64,000 nucleotides of DNA from Bacteriovoracaceae bacterium (GCA_965217035.1 OZ244226.1:558001-622000); one strand, 5' to 3'. Counted from the stretch's first letter, positions 40,910 through 51,115 are shown. The notes: generated by a model from the sequence alone, not told the origin. Numbers and translations are program-made.

Positions 40910-41467
40910 TTATTCAATTTCAATATTAAGTGGATCAAGAAGCGAAAGAACCTCAACTGAAGAAAATTTCGCCTTTGTAATCTTAGTAAAATTAAAATCA
41001 ATAATATATTCAAGAGCTTCTCTGAAGTCTGCTCCGAAAAGATTGCAACCAGTAAATGAAGTTCCTCGTAATAAAGACTTTTGGAAGCTGGCTTGCTTCA
41101 GTTTACTATTAGAAAAATCACATTCTTTTAAATTACAATCTTGAAAGATAAAATGATTGAGATCCAGTTCTTGAAAAATAGAATAATCAAGATTCGATCT
41201 AACAAATTTTAAATGAGAAAGATTCCTTGAATTCGTCCAGTTAACGCCAATAAGCTTGCAGTCGATGAACTCAGTATCTCTCATGGTTGTATTGAGAACT
41301 TTGATATTACTACAATTACAATCAAGAAACTGGCATTCCAGAAAACGAGCCTCTTCAAGGCTAACTTCTGAGAGGTCAAGTTTATCAAACTTACAATCAA
41401 CAAACTCAGTTGATTGAAGCTCTATCCCTCCAAGATCCTGAATCACTTTATCTTCAATATAATTCAT
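40910..41467 (-). CDS. Pentapeptide repeat protein
   Basis: Regular F/L-x-x-x-x repeats (FVDCKFDKLDLSEVSLEEARFLECQF). Confidence 0.9.
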   Translation of the reverse strand: MNYIEDKVIQDLGGIELQSTEFVDCKFDKLDLSEVSLEEARFLECQFLDCNCSNIKVLNTTMRDTEFIDCKLIGVNWTNSRNLSHLKFVRSNLDYSIFQELDLNHFIFQDCNLKECDFSNSKLKQASFQKSLLRGTSFTGCNLFGADFREALEYIIDFNFTKITKAKFSSVEVLSLLDPLNIEIE

Positions 41468-41612
41468 ATCTTTAAAATTATAATACTTATTTGAGAAAGA
41501 GAAACGAGAAGTTCAAGAAAACGAGAGCAAGGAGCCGAGTCGTAATTCCTCTACGTCACAGGCTTTGAGTCCCATAATTGACGCTGAAATTTGAAGTTCA
41601 TCTGCCCTCAGA

Positions 41613-42233
41613 TTATTTGATGATTCCTTTAAGAGCGTAGACTTCATTCTTTTTTGGATCTAAAAGATAAACAATAAGGACGCTAGAAGTTTTTGAGTAA
41701 AAACCATCATCGTAATAAATAAACGCTTTTACTGATTTTTGAATACCACTTAATGATTGAGTGACAACTTTTCTTTTGGCATCTTTTTCGTATCGAGCAC
41801 CAAGATAAGGAAAACAATAGATATTATCAATAACACCAGAAAGATTATTGAAAACATTGCTCTTAACAATCTCTTCAATCGTGCTTAACTTCTTTGGATC
41901 CATTTTTACTTTATTATCTTTCCAAAACTTTAGGTCTTTATTTTCTGATTTAAGCAGAATCTTCTTAATATCCTCTTCAGCAATTCCGCCTAAAGTGGGA
42001 ACATTATAGATAGCTAAAGTTCTCTGAGACTCTTTTTTGAGCTCAAGACCTTTATGATAAAGTTTACAATACTCAACCCCATTGAGTTTCGTAGTCTGAA
42101 CTTTGACAGCTTTTTTATAAAAAGTATTAAGATGTCGAGACTTAAAAGTTTTAGGTTTTGAATAGGCTTGTGAGAAAGAAAAAAAGAAAAATAGACAAAA
42201 TGTTAAAGTTTTTTTGGTATTTAATTTTCTCAT
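41613..42233 (-). CDS. Exported hypothetical protein
   Basis: SD AAGG; signal peptide ending AYS. Confidence 0.65.
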   Translation of the reverse strand: MRKLNTKKTLTFCLFFFFSFSQAYSKPKTFKSRHLNTFYKKAVKVQTTKLNGVEYCKLYHKGLELKKESQRTLAIYNVPTLGGIAEEDIKKILLKSENKDLKFWKDNKVKMDPKKLSTIEEIVKSNVFNNLSGVIDNIYCFPYLGARYEKDAKRKVVTQSLSGIQKSVKAFIYYDDGFYSKTSSVLIVYLLDPKKNEVYALKGIIK

Positions 42234-42390
42234 GCACCTTTCCCTTGGTCTTCTATATACCTCTAATACTAATGAAAATCGAGCACTTGTAAACCAAGTG
42301 CTCCATGCCTTAACATTTTGTCGATTTTTTCTTTTTTGTACTTCAGCTCAGTTTTACAGCGCTCTCATCTGTTTGGTATATTAGCCCTCT

Positions 42391-42612
42391 ATGAAGCTCA
42401 GCGCATGTAAGGAAAATTCTTTGGTTAAAATCAGCTCACTTCCAGATGAACTTTTTGATGACGCTCTTCAACACGGACTTTGTCCCGGTGAATGCATCCG
42501 AGTTTTAAGAAATAAACCAGGAGTTCCTCTTCTACTAAGAATTAGAGGGACAAAATACGGGCTCAGAAAAGCAGAGGCTTCACAAATTCTCGTTGAAGAG
42601 GTTGAGAAATGA
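42391..42612 (+). CDS. feoA: Ferrous iron transport protein A
   Basis: GLCPGECIRV...PLLLRIRGTKYGLRKAEA; ATGA overlap with feoB. Confidence 0.9.
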   Translation: MKLSACKENSLVKISSLPDELFDDALQHGLCPGECIRVLRNKPGVPLLLRIRGTKYGLRKAEASQILVEEVEK

Positions 42613-44459
42613 ATACATTCGCTTTGGTTGGATCCCCAAATTCTGGAAAATCGACTCTTTTTAATTCACTGACAGGAAAAAACCAAAAAGTGGCCAATTA
42701 CCCAGGTGCTACTGTTGAAAGTGCTGTTGGTCAAATAGGACATGATATTCATCTCATTGATTTACCTGGTCTTTATGGACTTAAAACTAAAGGTATCGAC
42801 GAACAAATTAGTCGAGATTATATCATTCAAAACTCAGAGAACCGCTATCTCGCAAAGCTCAATCAAAAACAATTAAACTATCACACTCTTTTGGTTGTAG
42901 CTGATGCTACTAAGCTAAAAAGATCTCTTTATCTTTGCTGTGAACTTATTAAGTTAGGTCTTCCTATCTATCTTCTTCTCAATAGATCTGATCTTTCAAA
43001 GAAGAGGAATCAAAAGATTGATATTGCTAAACTCAGTCAAAAATTGGGAATTCCTATTCTTGAAACTTGTTCTTTTGATGAAAATTCAATTAACAAGATC
43101 AAAAAAGAAATCGAGCTCTTAAACGAAACTGAAATTCCGACTAAACAATCGATCAATAAAAGAGAGCTTCACAAACTTGTTCATGATCAAACATGGTCTA
43201 AGGAACAATTTGATAAAATTGACTTGGCCTTAAAAGAATCGGTTATTGAAAGTATTAAGCCTCATAGATTCACGGATAGAATGGATAATATTGCAACTCA
43301 CCCCTTTTATGGAGGGTTATTCTTACTCGGAGTTCTTTATTTTATTTTTCAAATGCTCTTTACTTACGCTAGCCCCTTTGCAGATGGAATCACATGGTTT
43401 TTTGATTCAATGGGTGAATGGGTCTCAACTCTTAATCTCTCACCAATGATTGAAAGTTTTCTTATCGATGGAGCCATCGCTGGAGTCGGTGGAACATTAG
43501 TCTTTCTTCCTCAAATAGCTTTCCTTTTCTTCTTTATTGGATTGCTTGAGGAGAGTGGTTATATGTCTCGTATAGCCTATCTTCTAGATAGCTTAATGAT
43601 GAAATTTGGATTGCCGGGAAGATCAATTATTCCATTACTCTCCTCTCATGCTTGTGCTATTCCTGGAATTATGGCCGCTCGTTCACTCTCATCACATAGG
43701 GATCGACTTGTTACAATTTTGGTAGCGCCACTTACAACTTGCTCTGCGAGACTTCCTGTCTATATTCTTCTTCTTGCAACTTTTCTCCCATTAGAGCAAC
43801 AAGGACTTGGCTTGCTTGCTCTCTATATTGCAGGAATTGCTTCTAGCTTTCTTGTTGCTTGGATTTTAAAGCTTTTTAACCCTCCTAGTAACTCTCAACA
43901 TTTACTCATGGAACTTCCTCCCTATCAAAAACCTCGCATAAAAGAAGTTCTTAAAAATGTTTATAAAAAATCGATGATGTTTATCAAAAAAGCAGGGACT
44001 GTTATCCTCTTTCTCACCATCGTTCTTTGGGCACTTACTTATTTCCCTAAGACAGAAGAAGGTAAGGCTCCTGAAATTGAGCAAAGTTATGCGGGTACAA
44101 TTGGAAAAGTTTTTACTCCTATCTTCGAACCATTAGGTATGGATGTTCGATTAACGACTGCTCTTATCCCTGCCTTTGCTGCAAGAGAAGTCATGATAGC
44201 AAGTATGGGAACTGTTCTTTCTGTGAGTGATCCTGAATCTGATACAGGTCTAGAAAATCTTAGAGAAAAAATTCGAGAAAGCTATCCCCTTGATACTATT
44301 CTCGCTCTTATTGCGTGGTTTATTTTTGCTCCTCAATGTATTTCCACTTTTGCTGTTATAAAGAGAGAAACCGGTGGTTATAAATGGATGGGCATAACAA
44401 TAGGTTATACGTTAGCTCTAGCTTATTCCGTTGCTTTATTCGTAAAAATTATTTTTTAA
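42609..44459 (+). CDS. feoB: Ferrous iron transport protein B
   Basis: GSPNSGKS, NYPGATVE, DLPG GTPase motifs; LEESGYMSR, CAIPG, CSARL, MELPPY membrane domain. Confidence 0.96.
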   Translation: MNTFALVGSPNSGKSTLFNSLTGKNQKVANYPGATVESAVGQIGHDIHLIDLPGLYGLKTKGIDEQISRDYIIQNSENRYLAKLNQKQLNYHTLLVVADATKLKRSLYLCCELIKLGLPIYLLLNRSDLSKKRNQKIDIAKLSQKLGIPILETCSFDENSINKIKKEIELLNETEIPTKQSINKRELHKLVHDQTWSKEQFDKIDLALKESVIESIKPHRFTDRMDNIATHPFYGGLFLLGVLYFIFQMLFTYASPFADGITWFFDSMGEWVSTLNLSPMIESFLIDGAIAGVGGTLVFLPQIAFLFFFIGLLEESGYMSRIAYLLDSLMMKFGLPGRSIIPLLSSHACAIPGIMAARSLSSHRDRLVTILVAPLTTCSARLPVYILLLATFLPLEQQGLGLLALYIAGIASSFLVAWILKLFNPPSNSQHLLMELPPYQKPRIKEVLKNVYKKSMMFIKKAGTVILFLTIVLWALTYFPKTEEGKAPEIEQSYAGTIGKVFTPIFEPLGMDVRLTTALIPAFAAREVMIASMGTVLSVSDPESDTGLENLREKIRESYPLDTILALIAWFIFAPQCISTFAVIKRETGGYKWMGITIGYTLALAYSVALFVKIIF

Positions 44460-44733
44460 CAGGGGTAAGAACGTAACCAGAAAGCTTCAAGAGTTTCTTA
44501 AGTTCTTCTTCACTTAACGCTTTATTGTCCCCTTCAAAAGATAGCTTGATAATATCTTTTTCTGGGTCAGCATTAAACTTAGTCACTTTCTTGTTCAGTT
44601 GCTCTAATCCTATTTTGATATTATGAGCACAAGCCATACAAGACATCTCTGCTTTGTATATGTGAACAGCTTTCTCAGAAGAGAGAACAGGTAGTGAAAA
44701 GAATATTAAAAAGGATAAAATAATTTTTTTCAT
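44449..44733 (-). CDS. Exported heavy-metal-associated (HMA; MerP/CopZ-like) protein
   Basis: Signal peptide; MSCMAC metal-binding motif; C-terminal GY. Confidence 0.8.
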   Translation of the reverse strand: MKKIILSFLIFFSLPVLSSEKAVHIYKAEMSCMACAHNIKIGLEQLNKKVTKFNADPEKDIIKLSFEGDNKALSEEELKKLLKLSGYVLTPVKK

Positions 44734-44845
44734 TAATGAAGGCCTTAATTAAAAACAACTGAGCGGTATTGCAGTGATTTGATGATACCATATCTCGACC
44801 AACTCGAAAAACATTTGGACAACAAAACTAACTGTAGGCAAACTC

Positions 44846-47221
44846 CTATGTGTGATTTGTTTTTGGGAGTTTAGGGAGTTTCTTAATGATAAGAATGGGA
44901 ATAATAAGAAAAATAGCTCCAATGATATAAGGATAGCTAGATCCATACTTCCAATAAACCAGACTCGCAATGATGGGTCCAATGACTCGCCCAAGAGATC
45001 CCAAAGAACGAAAAATACCAATGGCCTTTCCTTGCTCATTTTCCGGAGCATAAAAAGAAACAAGACTTGTTAAGCATGGAATGATCATAGCTGAACCAGT
45101 TGCCAGAAAAAATAAGCCGAGGTAAAGTAAAAAACCTGATTTTGCAAAAGCAATAGATAAAAGTCCTGGAACAAGAATTACCAATCCTCGCATGACCATT
45201 TTATCTTCACCAATTAAGTTTGCCTTTCTTCTTACATATCCTCCTTGAACAAAGGCAATAATAATCCCTATAAAGATAAACATTAAGCCGTTATCAAGCG
45301 ACTCATAAGAAAGTCTTTCAACTGCAAGAAAAGTAAGAGTAAACTCCATCCCTGCAAAGGCCGTAATAAAAAGAAAATATCCAATATTAACCTGGTTAAC
45401 TCCCTTTTGGGACAGAGGGGTAAAAATCTTAAGAAGGTTCGATGATCTTTTAATCCGCTCACTACCTTTCTTTAAAGTTTCAGGCAGATTTTTTTTGATC
45501 ATCAAAATATTAATGAAGGCAAGTCCACTGGCAAGTAATGCCGGAGTTGAGAATGGATTTAATCCATAGGCCTCAAGATTTGGAAAATAAGTTCTTAAAT
45601 CGATCAACGAGAGAATTCCTCCTATCGCTGGTCCAAAGATAAAGCCAAAGGCGAAGGCTATTCCGATAAAGGCCATTCCTTTAGAACGACGCTTTTTATC
45701 TGTGATGTCAGAAACAATTGCTGTTGCCGTAGAAAGATTTCCTCCCATAATTCCCCCAATAAAACGAGCAAGAATCAAAAGAGTAAAACTGCCTGCAAAA
45801 ATCCACATCACATAACTTAGAAAAAGACCTGTAATCGTAAATAACATAACCGGCTTTCTTCCGATTCTATCAGAAAGTGCTCCCCATAGTGGTGCCGCAA
45901 CAAATTGAAGCAAGGAATAAAGTGCTCCTAGGATTCCCCCAAAAAGAACGACAGGTCGGAAACTTATATTCCCCCCACTCTCAGTCACCCAAGTAACACT
46001 ATCCCAAATAAGTTTTAAAAAATAATTTTGCCCATCAACTTCTAAGTAATACTTAGCCAAGGCTGGAAATAATGGAAAAATAATTGAAAAACCGACAAGA
46101 TCCAGAAAAACAGCTAAAAAAACTGTTTTTAGAACTTCTTTCGATTTTTTTTCTAGTGGAGGAGACTCCTGAACTTGCTCAGGAAGCTCCTCTAATAACT
46201 TTACTTCATCAACGGGATAATCAAGAGCTCTTTTTTCTTCAAGGGTCCCTCTCACGTTCACACGTATCCAATGAGCATAATCCTTAACCCATTGAGGATC
46301 AGCATTAAGACATGGAACTTGAATAACTTTTGCACCAGCTTCTTCCACTTCCTCAGCTAACTCTGTTCCTATTTCATCTGTTGTCTCTAAGCAGTCCACA
46401 ACAAATGCGGGACAAACAACAAGCATTTTTTTTGAACCTTTTTCAGCAAGCTCGACACAATATTCATCTGTCGCTGGTCCCAGCCATTGTTCAGATCCAA
46501 AACGTGACTGGAATGTCATATGAAACTTAGGATGATCAATTCGTTCTTTAAGAAGTACGAAAGTCTCATAACATTGTTGATAATAAACATCCTGTTTTTG
46601 AAGGACTCTTCTTAAAGGGATCCCGTGAAAGGAAATAACAATATCATCTATCGAGTCATCAAGTTTCTCATCAATCAGTCGAACGTAGTTATCGATAAAA
46701 CACTTGGCCCTATGATAGTGATCAATGACTTTGATCGTAGGTATATTAACGAGTTTTTTTAGATCTTTTCCTAGAGCATCGTAAACTGAGGCGATTGTTG
46801 CTTCGGAATACTGTGGAAATTGAGGAAGGACTAGAACATTATCAGCTCTAGAATGAACCGGTTCTTTGTTCCATTCAGAAAAAACATCGATCGGTCTTGG
46901 TTCAGAAAGTAAAAAAGCGGCATTGAATTCAATATCATCTTCAGTCTCGAACTCTTTTTTTAGTGCATCGACAAAATCATGAGTAATTGAAACAAGTGGA
47001 AAACTTTGATCTTGTTCATTCCAAATTCGAGAATAAGCTTCAGCACTTTTTTTGGGGCGAAAAGGTAGAACAAAAAGATTCAGGATGATTTTCCAAAGCA
47101 ACGGGTTAATGTCCACAACTCTTGGGTCACCAAGAAACTCTCTTAAATACTCTCGAACATCAGAAACCTTGGGAGTCTTAGGAGATCCCAATTGACCGAT
47201 AACGACCTTAGTCTTACGCAT
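44846..47221 (-). CDS. hemH: Ferrochelatase fused to a DHA1/TetA-like MFS transporter
   Basis: N-terminal part (47221 to ~46260): LGSP..YLREFLGDPRVVD, FPQYS, SFHG, FQSRFG..WLGP, DCLETTDEI. C-terminal part (~46140 to 44846): MFS-type TM helices with GALSDRIGRKP, ARFIGG, GFIFGPAIGG. No stop between the two. Confidence 0.9.
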   Translation of the reverse strand: MRKTKVVIGQLGSPKTPKVSDVREYLREFLGDPRVVDINPLLWKIILNLFVLPFRPKKSAEAYSRIWNEQDQSFPLVSITHDFVDALKKEFETEDDIEFNAAFLLSEPRPIDVFSEWNKEPVHSRADNVLVLPQFPQYSEATIASVYDALGKDLKKLVNIPTIKVIDHYHRAKCFIDNYVRLIDEKLDDSIDDIVISFHGIPLRRVLQKQDVYYQQCYETFVLLKERIDHPKFHMTFQSRFGSEQWLGPATDEYCVELAEKGSKKMLVVCPAFVVDCLETTDEIGTELAEEVEEAGAKVIQVPCLNADPQWVKDYAHWIRVNVRGTLEEKRALDYPVDEVKLLEELPEQVQESPPLEKKSKEVLKTVFLAVFLDLVGFSIIFPLFPALAKYYLEVDGQNYFLKLIWDSVTWVTESGGNISFRPVVLFGGILGALYSLLQFVAAPLWGALSDRIGRKPVMLFTITGLFLSYVMWIFAGSFTLLILARFIGGIMGGNLSTATAIVSDITDKKRRSKGMAFIGIAFAFGFIFGPAIGGILSLIDLRTYFPNLEAYGLNPFSTPALLASGLAFINILMIKKNLPETLKKGSERIKRSSNLLKIFTPLSQKGVNQVNIGYFLFITAFAGMEFTLTFLAVERLSYESLDNGLMFIFIGIIIAFVQGGYVRRKANLIGEDKMVMRGLVILVPGLLSIAFAKSGFLLYLGLFFLATGSAMIIPCLTSLVSFYAPENEQGKAIGIFRSLGSLGRVIGPIIASLVYWKYGSSYPYIIGAIFLIIPILIIKKLPKLPKTNHT

Positions 47222-47225
47222 GCTC

Positions 47226-48131
47226 TTATAGTATATTTGTCAGAGCTTTCTGGATAGTGTCATATTGGAAATTAAAGGATTGTTTGAGCGCTTTCGATGG
47301 CATTACCTTCTGTCCTTCTAATAAAATCACCGACATGTCTCCAAATGCAAGTTTTGCAGCAAATGACGGGACTGGAAAAAGAGTTGGTCTTTTGAGCACT
47401 TTTCCAAGCGTGTGAGTGAAAACTTTGTTTGTAACAGGTCTCGGAGCCGTCGCATTAACAATTCCGCTATAAGTATCTTTGTCTAAACATTCCAGGTAAA
47501 GATTTACGAGATCCTCTCGATGAATCCAACTCATGACTTGCTTACCATCTCCCATGATTCCACCGACACCCATTTTAAATGGAATAATCATTTTTGCGAT
47601 AGCGCCACCACTTTTCTCAAGAACAACCCCTACTCTCAGAATGCAGCTGCGCAGATCTGATTTTGCTTTACCTGCTTCAACTTCCCAGTCATGACAAACC
47701 TTTGATAAAAAATCGACAGGTTCAATCTTAGTATCTTCAGTCACTTCTTCATTGGCAGGTCTATCTCCATAAACTCCAATTGCTGAAGTCGAAAGAAAGA
47801 TTTTGACTTCACTTTGGTTAAGAGTCGAGACAAGATTTCGAGTGCCGAGCACACGAGAGTCATAGATTCTTCTTTTTTGACTATCATTCCAGCGACCTTC
47901 AGAGATGTTTTCTCCCATCAAATTTATAACTGCATCGACCTCTTGAAAGGCTGCTTTGGGAGCTGGCCCTTTCGCTGGGTTCCACTTGAAATAATCCGGC
48001 TCTGCCCCAAGCTTCATCGCTGCTCTCGGAACACTTCGAGTCAATACATTAACTTGATCACCACGAGCAATAAGCTTCTTTACTATCTGGGAACCAACAA
48101 AACCTGTAGCACCTGTTATTAAAACCTTCAT
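47226..48131 (-). CDS. TIGR01777-family NAD-dependent epimerase-like oxidoreductase (YfcH-like)
   Basis: MKVLITGATGFVG, INLMGE, SRVLGT, SAIGVYG, MSWIH; SD GGAG before ATG 48131. Confidence 0.92.
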   Translation of the reverse strand: MKVLITGATGFVGSQIVKKLIARGDQVNVLTRSVPRAAMKLGAEPDYFKWNPAKGPAPKAAFQEVDAVINLMGENISEGRWNDSQKRRIYDSRVLGTRNLVSTLNQSEVKIFLSTSAIGVYGDRPANEEVTEDTKIEPVDFLSKVCHDWEVEAGKAKSDLRSCILRVGVVLEKSGGAIAKMIIPFKMGVGGIMGDGKQVMSWIHREDLVNLYLECLDKDTYSGIVNATAPRPVTNKVFTHTLGKVLKRPTLFPVPSFAAKLAFGDMSVILLEGQKVMPSKALKQSFNFQYDTIQKALTNIL

Positions 48132-48285
48132 AAATCTCTCCTTATTTAATATGATAGCATTCCTGATCAGTCTTGTAGAACTTTGTCCAATAAATTTTCT
48201 ATAGACAAAAATTAGATGAAAATTCTTCTTTTTCAAATTACAATAGGAGCATCAAAAATTCACTTTTCAGATACAAGGACGTTGT

Positions 48286-49362
48286 ATGAAATTGTTACTC
48301 CCATTGCTTTTGTTAACCTCGAGTTTTGCCTACTCGCAAACAACCTCATTCTTCTCTATTAATAGAACTTCTATTGCATCTTCAGGGACTGGAGTTCCAA
48401 GTGTGATTGAAGACACAATTCTTGATAGTATTGAGACTCAAGCAAATGATGAACTCTCTAATATTGAACCAGGAGATTACTTAAAGTTCTCCGCCGATAG
48501 TACTATTGTATCAGGAAAATCGACGGGATCTGATTATGCCAATAACTTCTCTTATTTCATTATTGGTGCGGGTCTGGGTCTTGGTGTCAACCTTGGACCT
48601 AATAGTCTTTCCGATCTACTTTCTGGAGATACAGAAGCCGATGATGCCAATGGTGCAGGTCTTCAAACATCATTGATGGCGGGCTTTAACCTTGGAGGAA
48701 TTCTTCCTGAAAAACTTTCTTGGGGTAAAGACAAGTGGTGGGGATCTGACCGTTTTAGCGTTTTCTTTAACTTCTTTAGTTATGAAATTGAACAAGATGA
48801 ACTCACAGCTGATGCTCTTTCAATCGGTATGAAAATTCGATGGCTTGCGATAAAGCCAAAAAGCATCGTCGGATTCAATCTTCTTAAATGGGAAGGTCTC
48901 CATGTTCATACAGGTTTTGAAAAATCGAGCCTAAAAATTGCCGCAACTGATACACTTAATGTCACTGAAACAGATAGTGGTTTTACAGGTTCTTATACTT
49001 CGACAGTCACTGCAAGTGTTGAAGTTGATACGTTTTCAATCCCGCTTGAAATTTCCAGTGCAGTCCGATTCCTTTATCTCTTTACTCTTTATGGTGGAGT
49101 TGGGTTTGACTTAAATGCTGGAGATGCTTCAGGTAATGGTAATGCGCCCGGAACAATTACAGTCTCGGATGGTGGTTCCAATAGTGAGACTTATGAAGTT
49201 CAAGCTTCGCTCGGACAAGAGCAAGAACCGGAAAGTATGTTCCAAAGATATTTCGCGGGTCTTCAATTTAATATCTGGAAAGGGAAACTTTACTTTCAAT
49301 ATGATCGAGTTATTGGTGAAAATACTCATGGAGTCGGTCTTGGTTTTCGAGTTTCTATCTAG
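48286..49362 (+). CDS. Exported, probable outer-membrane beta-barrel/surface protein
   Basis: Signal peptide; alternating beta-strand pattern in the C-terminal half (LYGGVGFD, GLQFN, GVGLGFRVSI). Confidence 0.6.
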   Translation: MKLLLPLLLLTSSFAYSQTTSFFSINRTSIASSGTGVPSVIEDTILDSIETQANDELSNIEPGDYLKFSADSTIVSGKSTGSDYANNFSYFIIGAGLGLGVNLGPNSLSDLLSGDTEADDANGAGLQTSLMAGFNLGGILPEKLSWGKDKWWGSDRFSVFFNFFSYEIEQDELTADALSIGMKIRWLAIKPKSIVGFNLLKWEGLHVHTGFEKSSLKIAATDTLNVTETDSGFTGSYTSTVTASVEVDTFSIPLEISSAVRFLYLFTLYGGVGFDLNAGDASGNGNAPGTITVSDGGSNSETYEVQASLGQEQEPESMFQRYFAGLQFNIWKGKLYFQYDRVIGENTHGVGLGFRVSI

Positions 49363-49954
49363 TTTTCTTTTTATATCTTCTCCAAGAAGAAGGGTTTTGG
49401 ATTTTTTGAAACTTCCAGAACCCTTTTTTATTTCTCTTAGCATAGGCTAACGCTTCCTCAAACATATCTTTATTATGCTGAGTTCGAAAACCTGCTCCTC
49501 GATAAAGAAAGACCATTCCTGCTTTGACCATTTCATAATTAAGATTTTTTCTATTCAAATAAAGTACACCTAAGAGTCTTCCATAACGATCTTTTCCTCG
49601 AACCTTCAGTACTATTTGGTTCCTGTGAATGAGCTTTTTTAAAAAATTAGTTGAAAGTTCACCGACTTGATGAACCTGAGTCAATTTAAAGCTTTCTCTT
49701 AAACCAGTTTGATCAGTCTCAGGAGCATCGACATAGAGAAGTCGAACTCGATACTTCCCCCCCTCATGCTTCACCAAAACCGTATCTCCATCATAAACTT
49801 TAAGAACTTCAACCTCCCAAAGCTCATAACGACTTAAAGACCACGATATAAGGATTTGAGCGGCAAAAAAGCCCCCAATAAGAGCTAAAACCCTAAACTT
49901 TTTACTCTGTACCCATTTGAAACTTTGCAAAAGCCCCTCAAATCTAATACTCAT
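49355..49954 (-). CDS. Thermonuclease (SNase) family protein
   Basis: VYDGDT, RVRLLYVDAPE, DRYGRLLG. Confidence 0.92.
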   Translation of the reverse strand: MSIRFEGLLQSFKWVQSKKFRVLALIGGFFAAQILISWSLSRYELWEVEVLKVYDGDTVLVKHEGGKYRVRLLYVDAPETDQTGLRESFKLTQVHQVGELSTNFLKKLIHRNQIVLKVRGKDRYGRLLGVLYLNRKNLNYEMVKAGMVFLYRGAGFRTQHNKDMFEEALAYAKRNKKGFWKFQKIQNPSSWRRYKKKTR

Positions 49955-49972
49955 GCTTAAAGGTTAATAAAT

Positions 49973-51115
49973 ATGACAGATGTGAGAAGCGCCAATAAGG
50001 ATTATTTCAGTTTTGAATTAGTCCATAAGGATAAATATTCTAATGCAAGGGCCGGGATTATTAAAACCCCTCATGGCGAAATACCGACTCCAATTTTCAT
50101 GCCGGTTGGAACTCATGGGACTATAAAAGCGCTCCAACCGAATGTTTTAGAGCAACATAATATTCCCATTATTCTTTCAAACACCTACCACCTAGAATTA
50201 ACTCCAGGTTCAAACTTGATTCAAAAAGCAGGTGGACTTCATAAATATATGGGTTGGAACGGTCCGATCCTTACTGATTCAGGTGGTTTTCAAGTTTTTT
50301 CACTTAAAGGAAAATCCATCAAAGAAGAAGGGGCAGAGTTTAAAGGACCTAAAGGGAAAAATATTCTTCTCAGTCCTGAATCATCTTTAGAAATCCAACA
50401 GAACCTTGGCTCAGATATCATGATGGCCTTTGATGAGTGTATTCCTTATCCTGCCGATGAGAAATACACCAAAAATTCGATTGATCGAACTCATCGTTGG
50501 CTAAAAAGATGTATCAAAGCATGGAATAACCCAAAACAATCGCTTTTTGGGATTATTCAAGGTTCTACATACGACCATTATAGAAAAGAATGTGTCGAGG
50601 AAGTTTGTTCCCATGATCTGCCAGGCTATGCGATTGGGGGAGTTTCGGTCGGAGAAGGCCCCGAATGGATGGAGAAGATTGTTTCTTATACTGCTCCACT
50701 TATGCCAAAGGATAAGCCACGCTATGTTATGGGTGTTGGAAACCCAGAAGATCTTTTAATGATCTGGGAAAACGGAGTGGATATGTCTGACTGTATTATT
50801 CCTACCAAGTTTGCTCGAGGAGGAACCGTTTTTACCAATCGAGGCAAGATTCGAATTAGTCATAAGAATTACAGAAGAGATTTCTTTCCGCTTGAACCAA
50901 ATTGTTCTTGTTATACCTGTACTAATTTTACACGTTCTTACGTGAAGCACTTGTTTGATTCCAATGAAATTCTTGGGGCTATCTTAGTGACGACTCACAA
51001 TATTGCTTGGTATGTCGATCTTTCAAGAAGAGCGAGACAAGCGATCCTCGAAGATAGATTCCTTGAATTTAAAAAAGAGTTTCTTGAGAATTATTCCAAA
51101 TCCCAGAAAAAATAA
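49973..51115 (+). CDS. tgt: tRNA-guanine transglycosylase
   Basis: TPIFMPVGT, NTYHL, TDSGGFQ, CSCYTC, HN. Confidence 0.96.
   Translation: MTDVRSANKDYFSFELVHKDKYSNARAGIIKTPHGEIPTPIFMPVGTHGTIKALQPNVLEQHNIPIILSNTYHLELTPGSNLIQKAGGLHKYMGWNGPILTDSGGFQVFSLKGKSIKEEGAEFKGPKGKNILLSPESSLEIQQNLGSDIMMAFDECIPYPADEKYTKNSIDRTHRWLKRCIKAWNNPKQSLFGIIQGSTYDHYRKECVEEVCSHDLPGYAIGGVSVGEGPEWMEKIVSYTAPLMPKDKPRYVMGVGNPEDLLMIWENGVDMSDCIIPTKFARGGTVFTNRGKIRISHKNYRRDFFPLEPNCSCYTCTNFTRSYVKHLFDSNEILGAILVTTHNIAWYVDLSRRARQAILEDRFLEFKKEFLENYSKSQKK

Noticed and set aside
44749..45063. 104-aa ORF overlapping the MFS 3' end
   Set aside because: Alternate frame of the hemH-MFS gene with no recognisable features.
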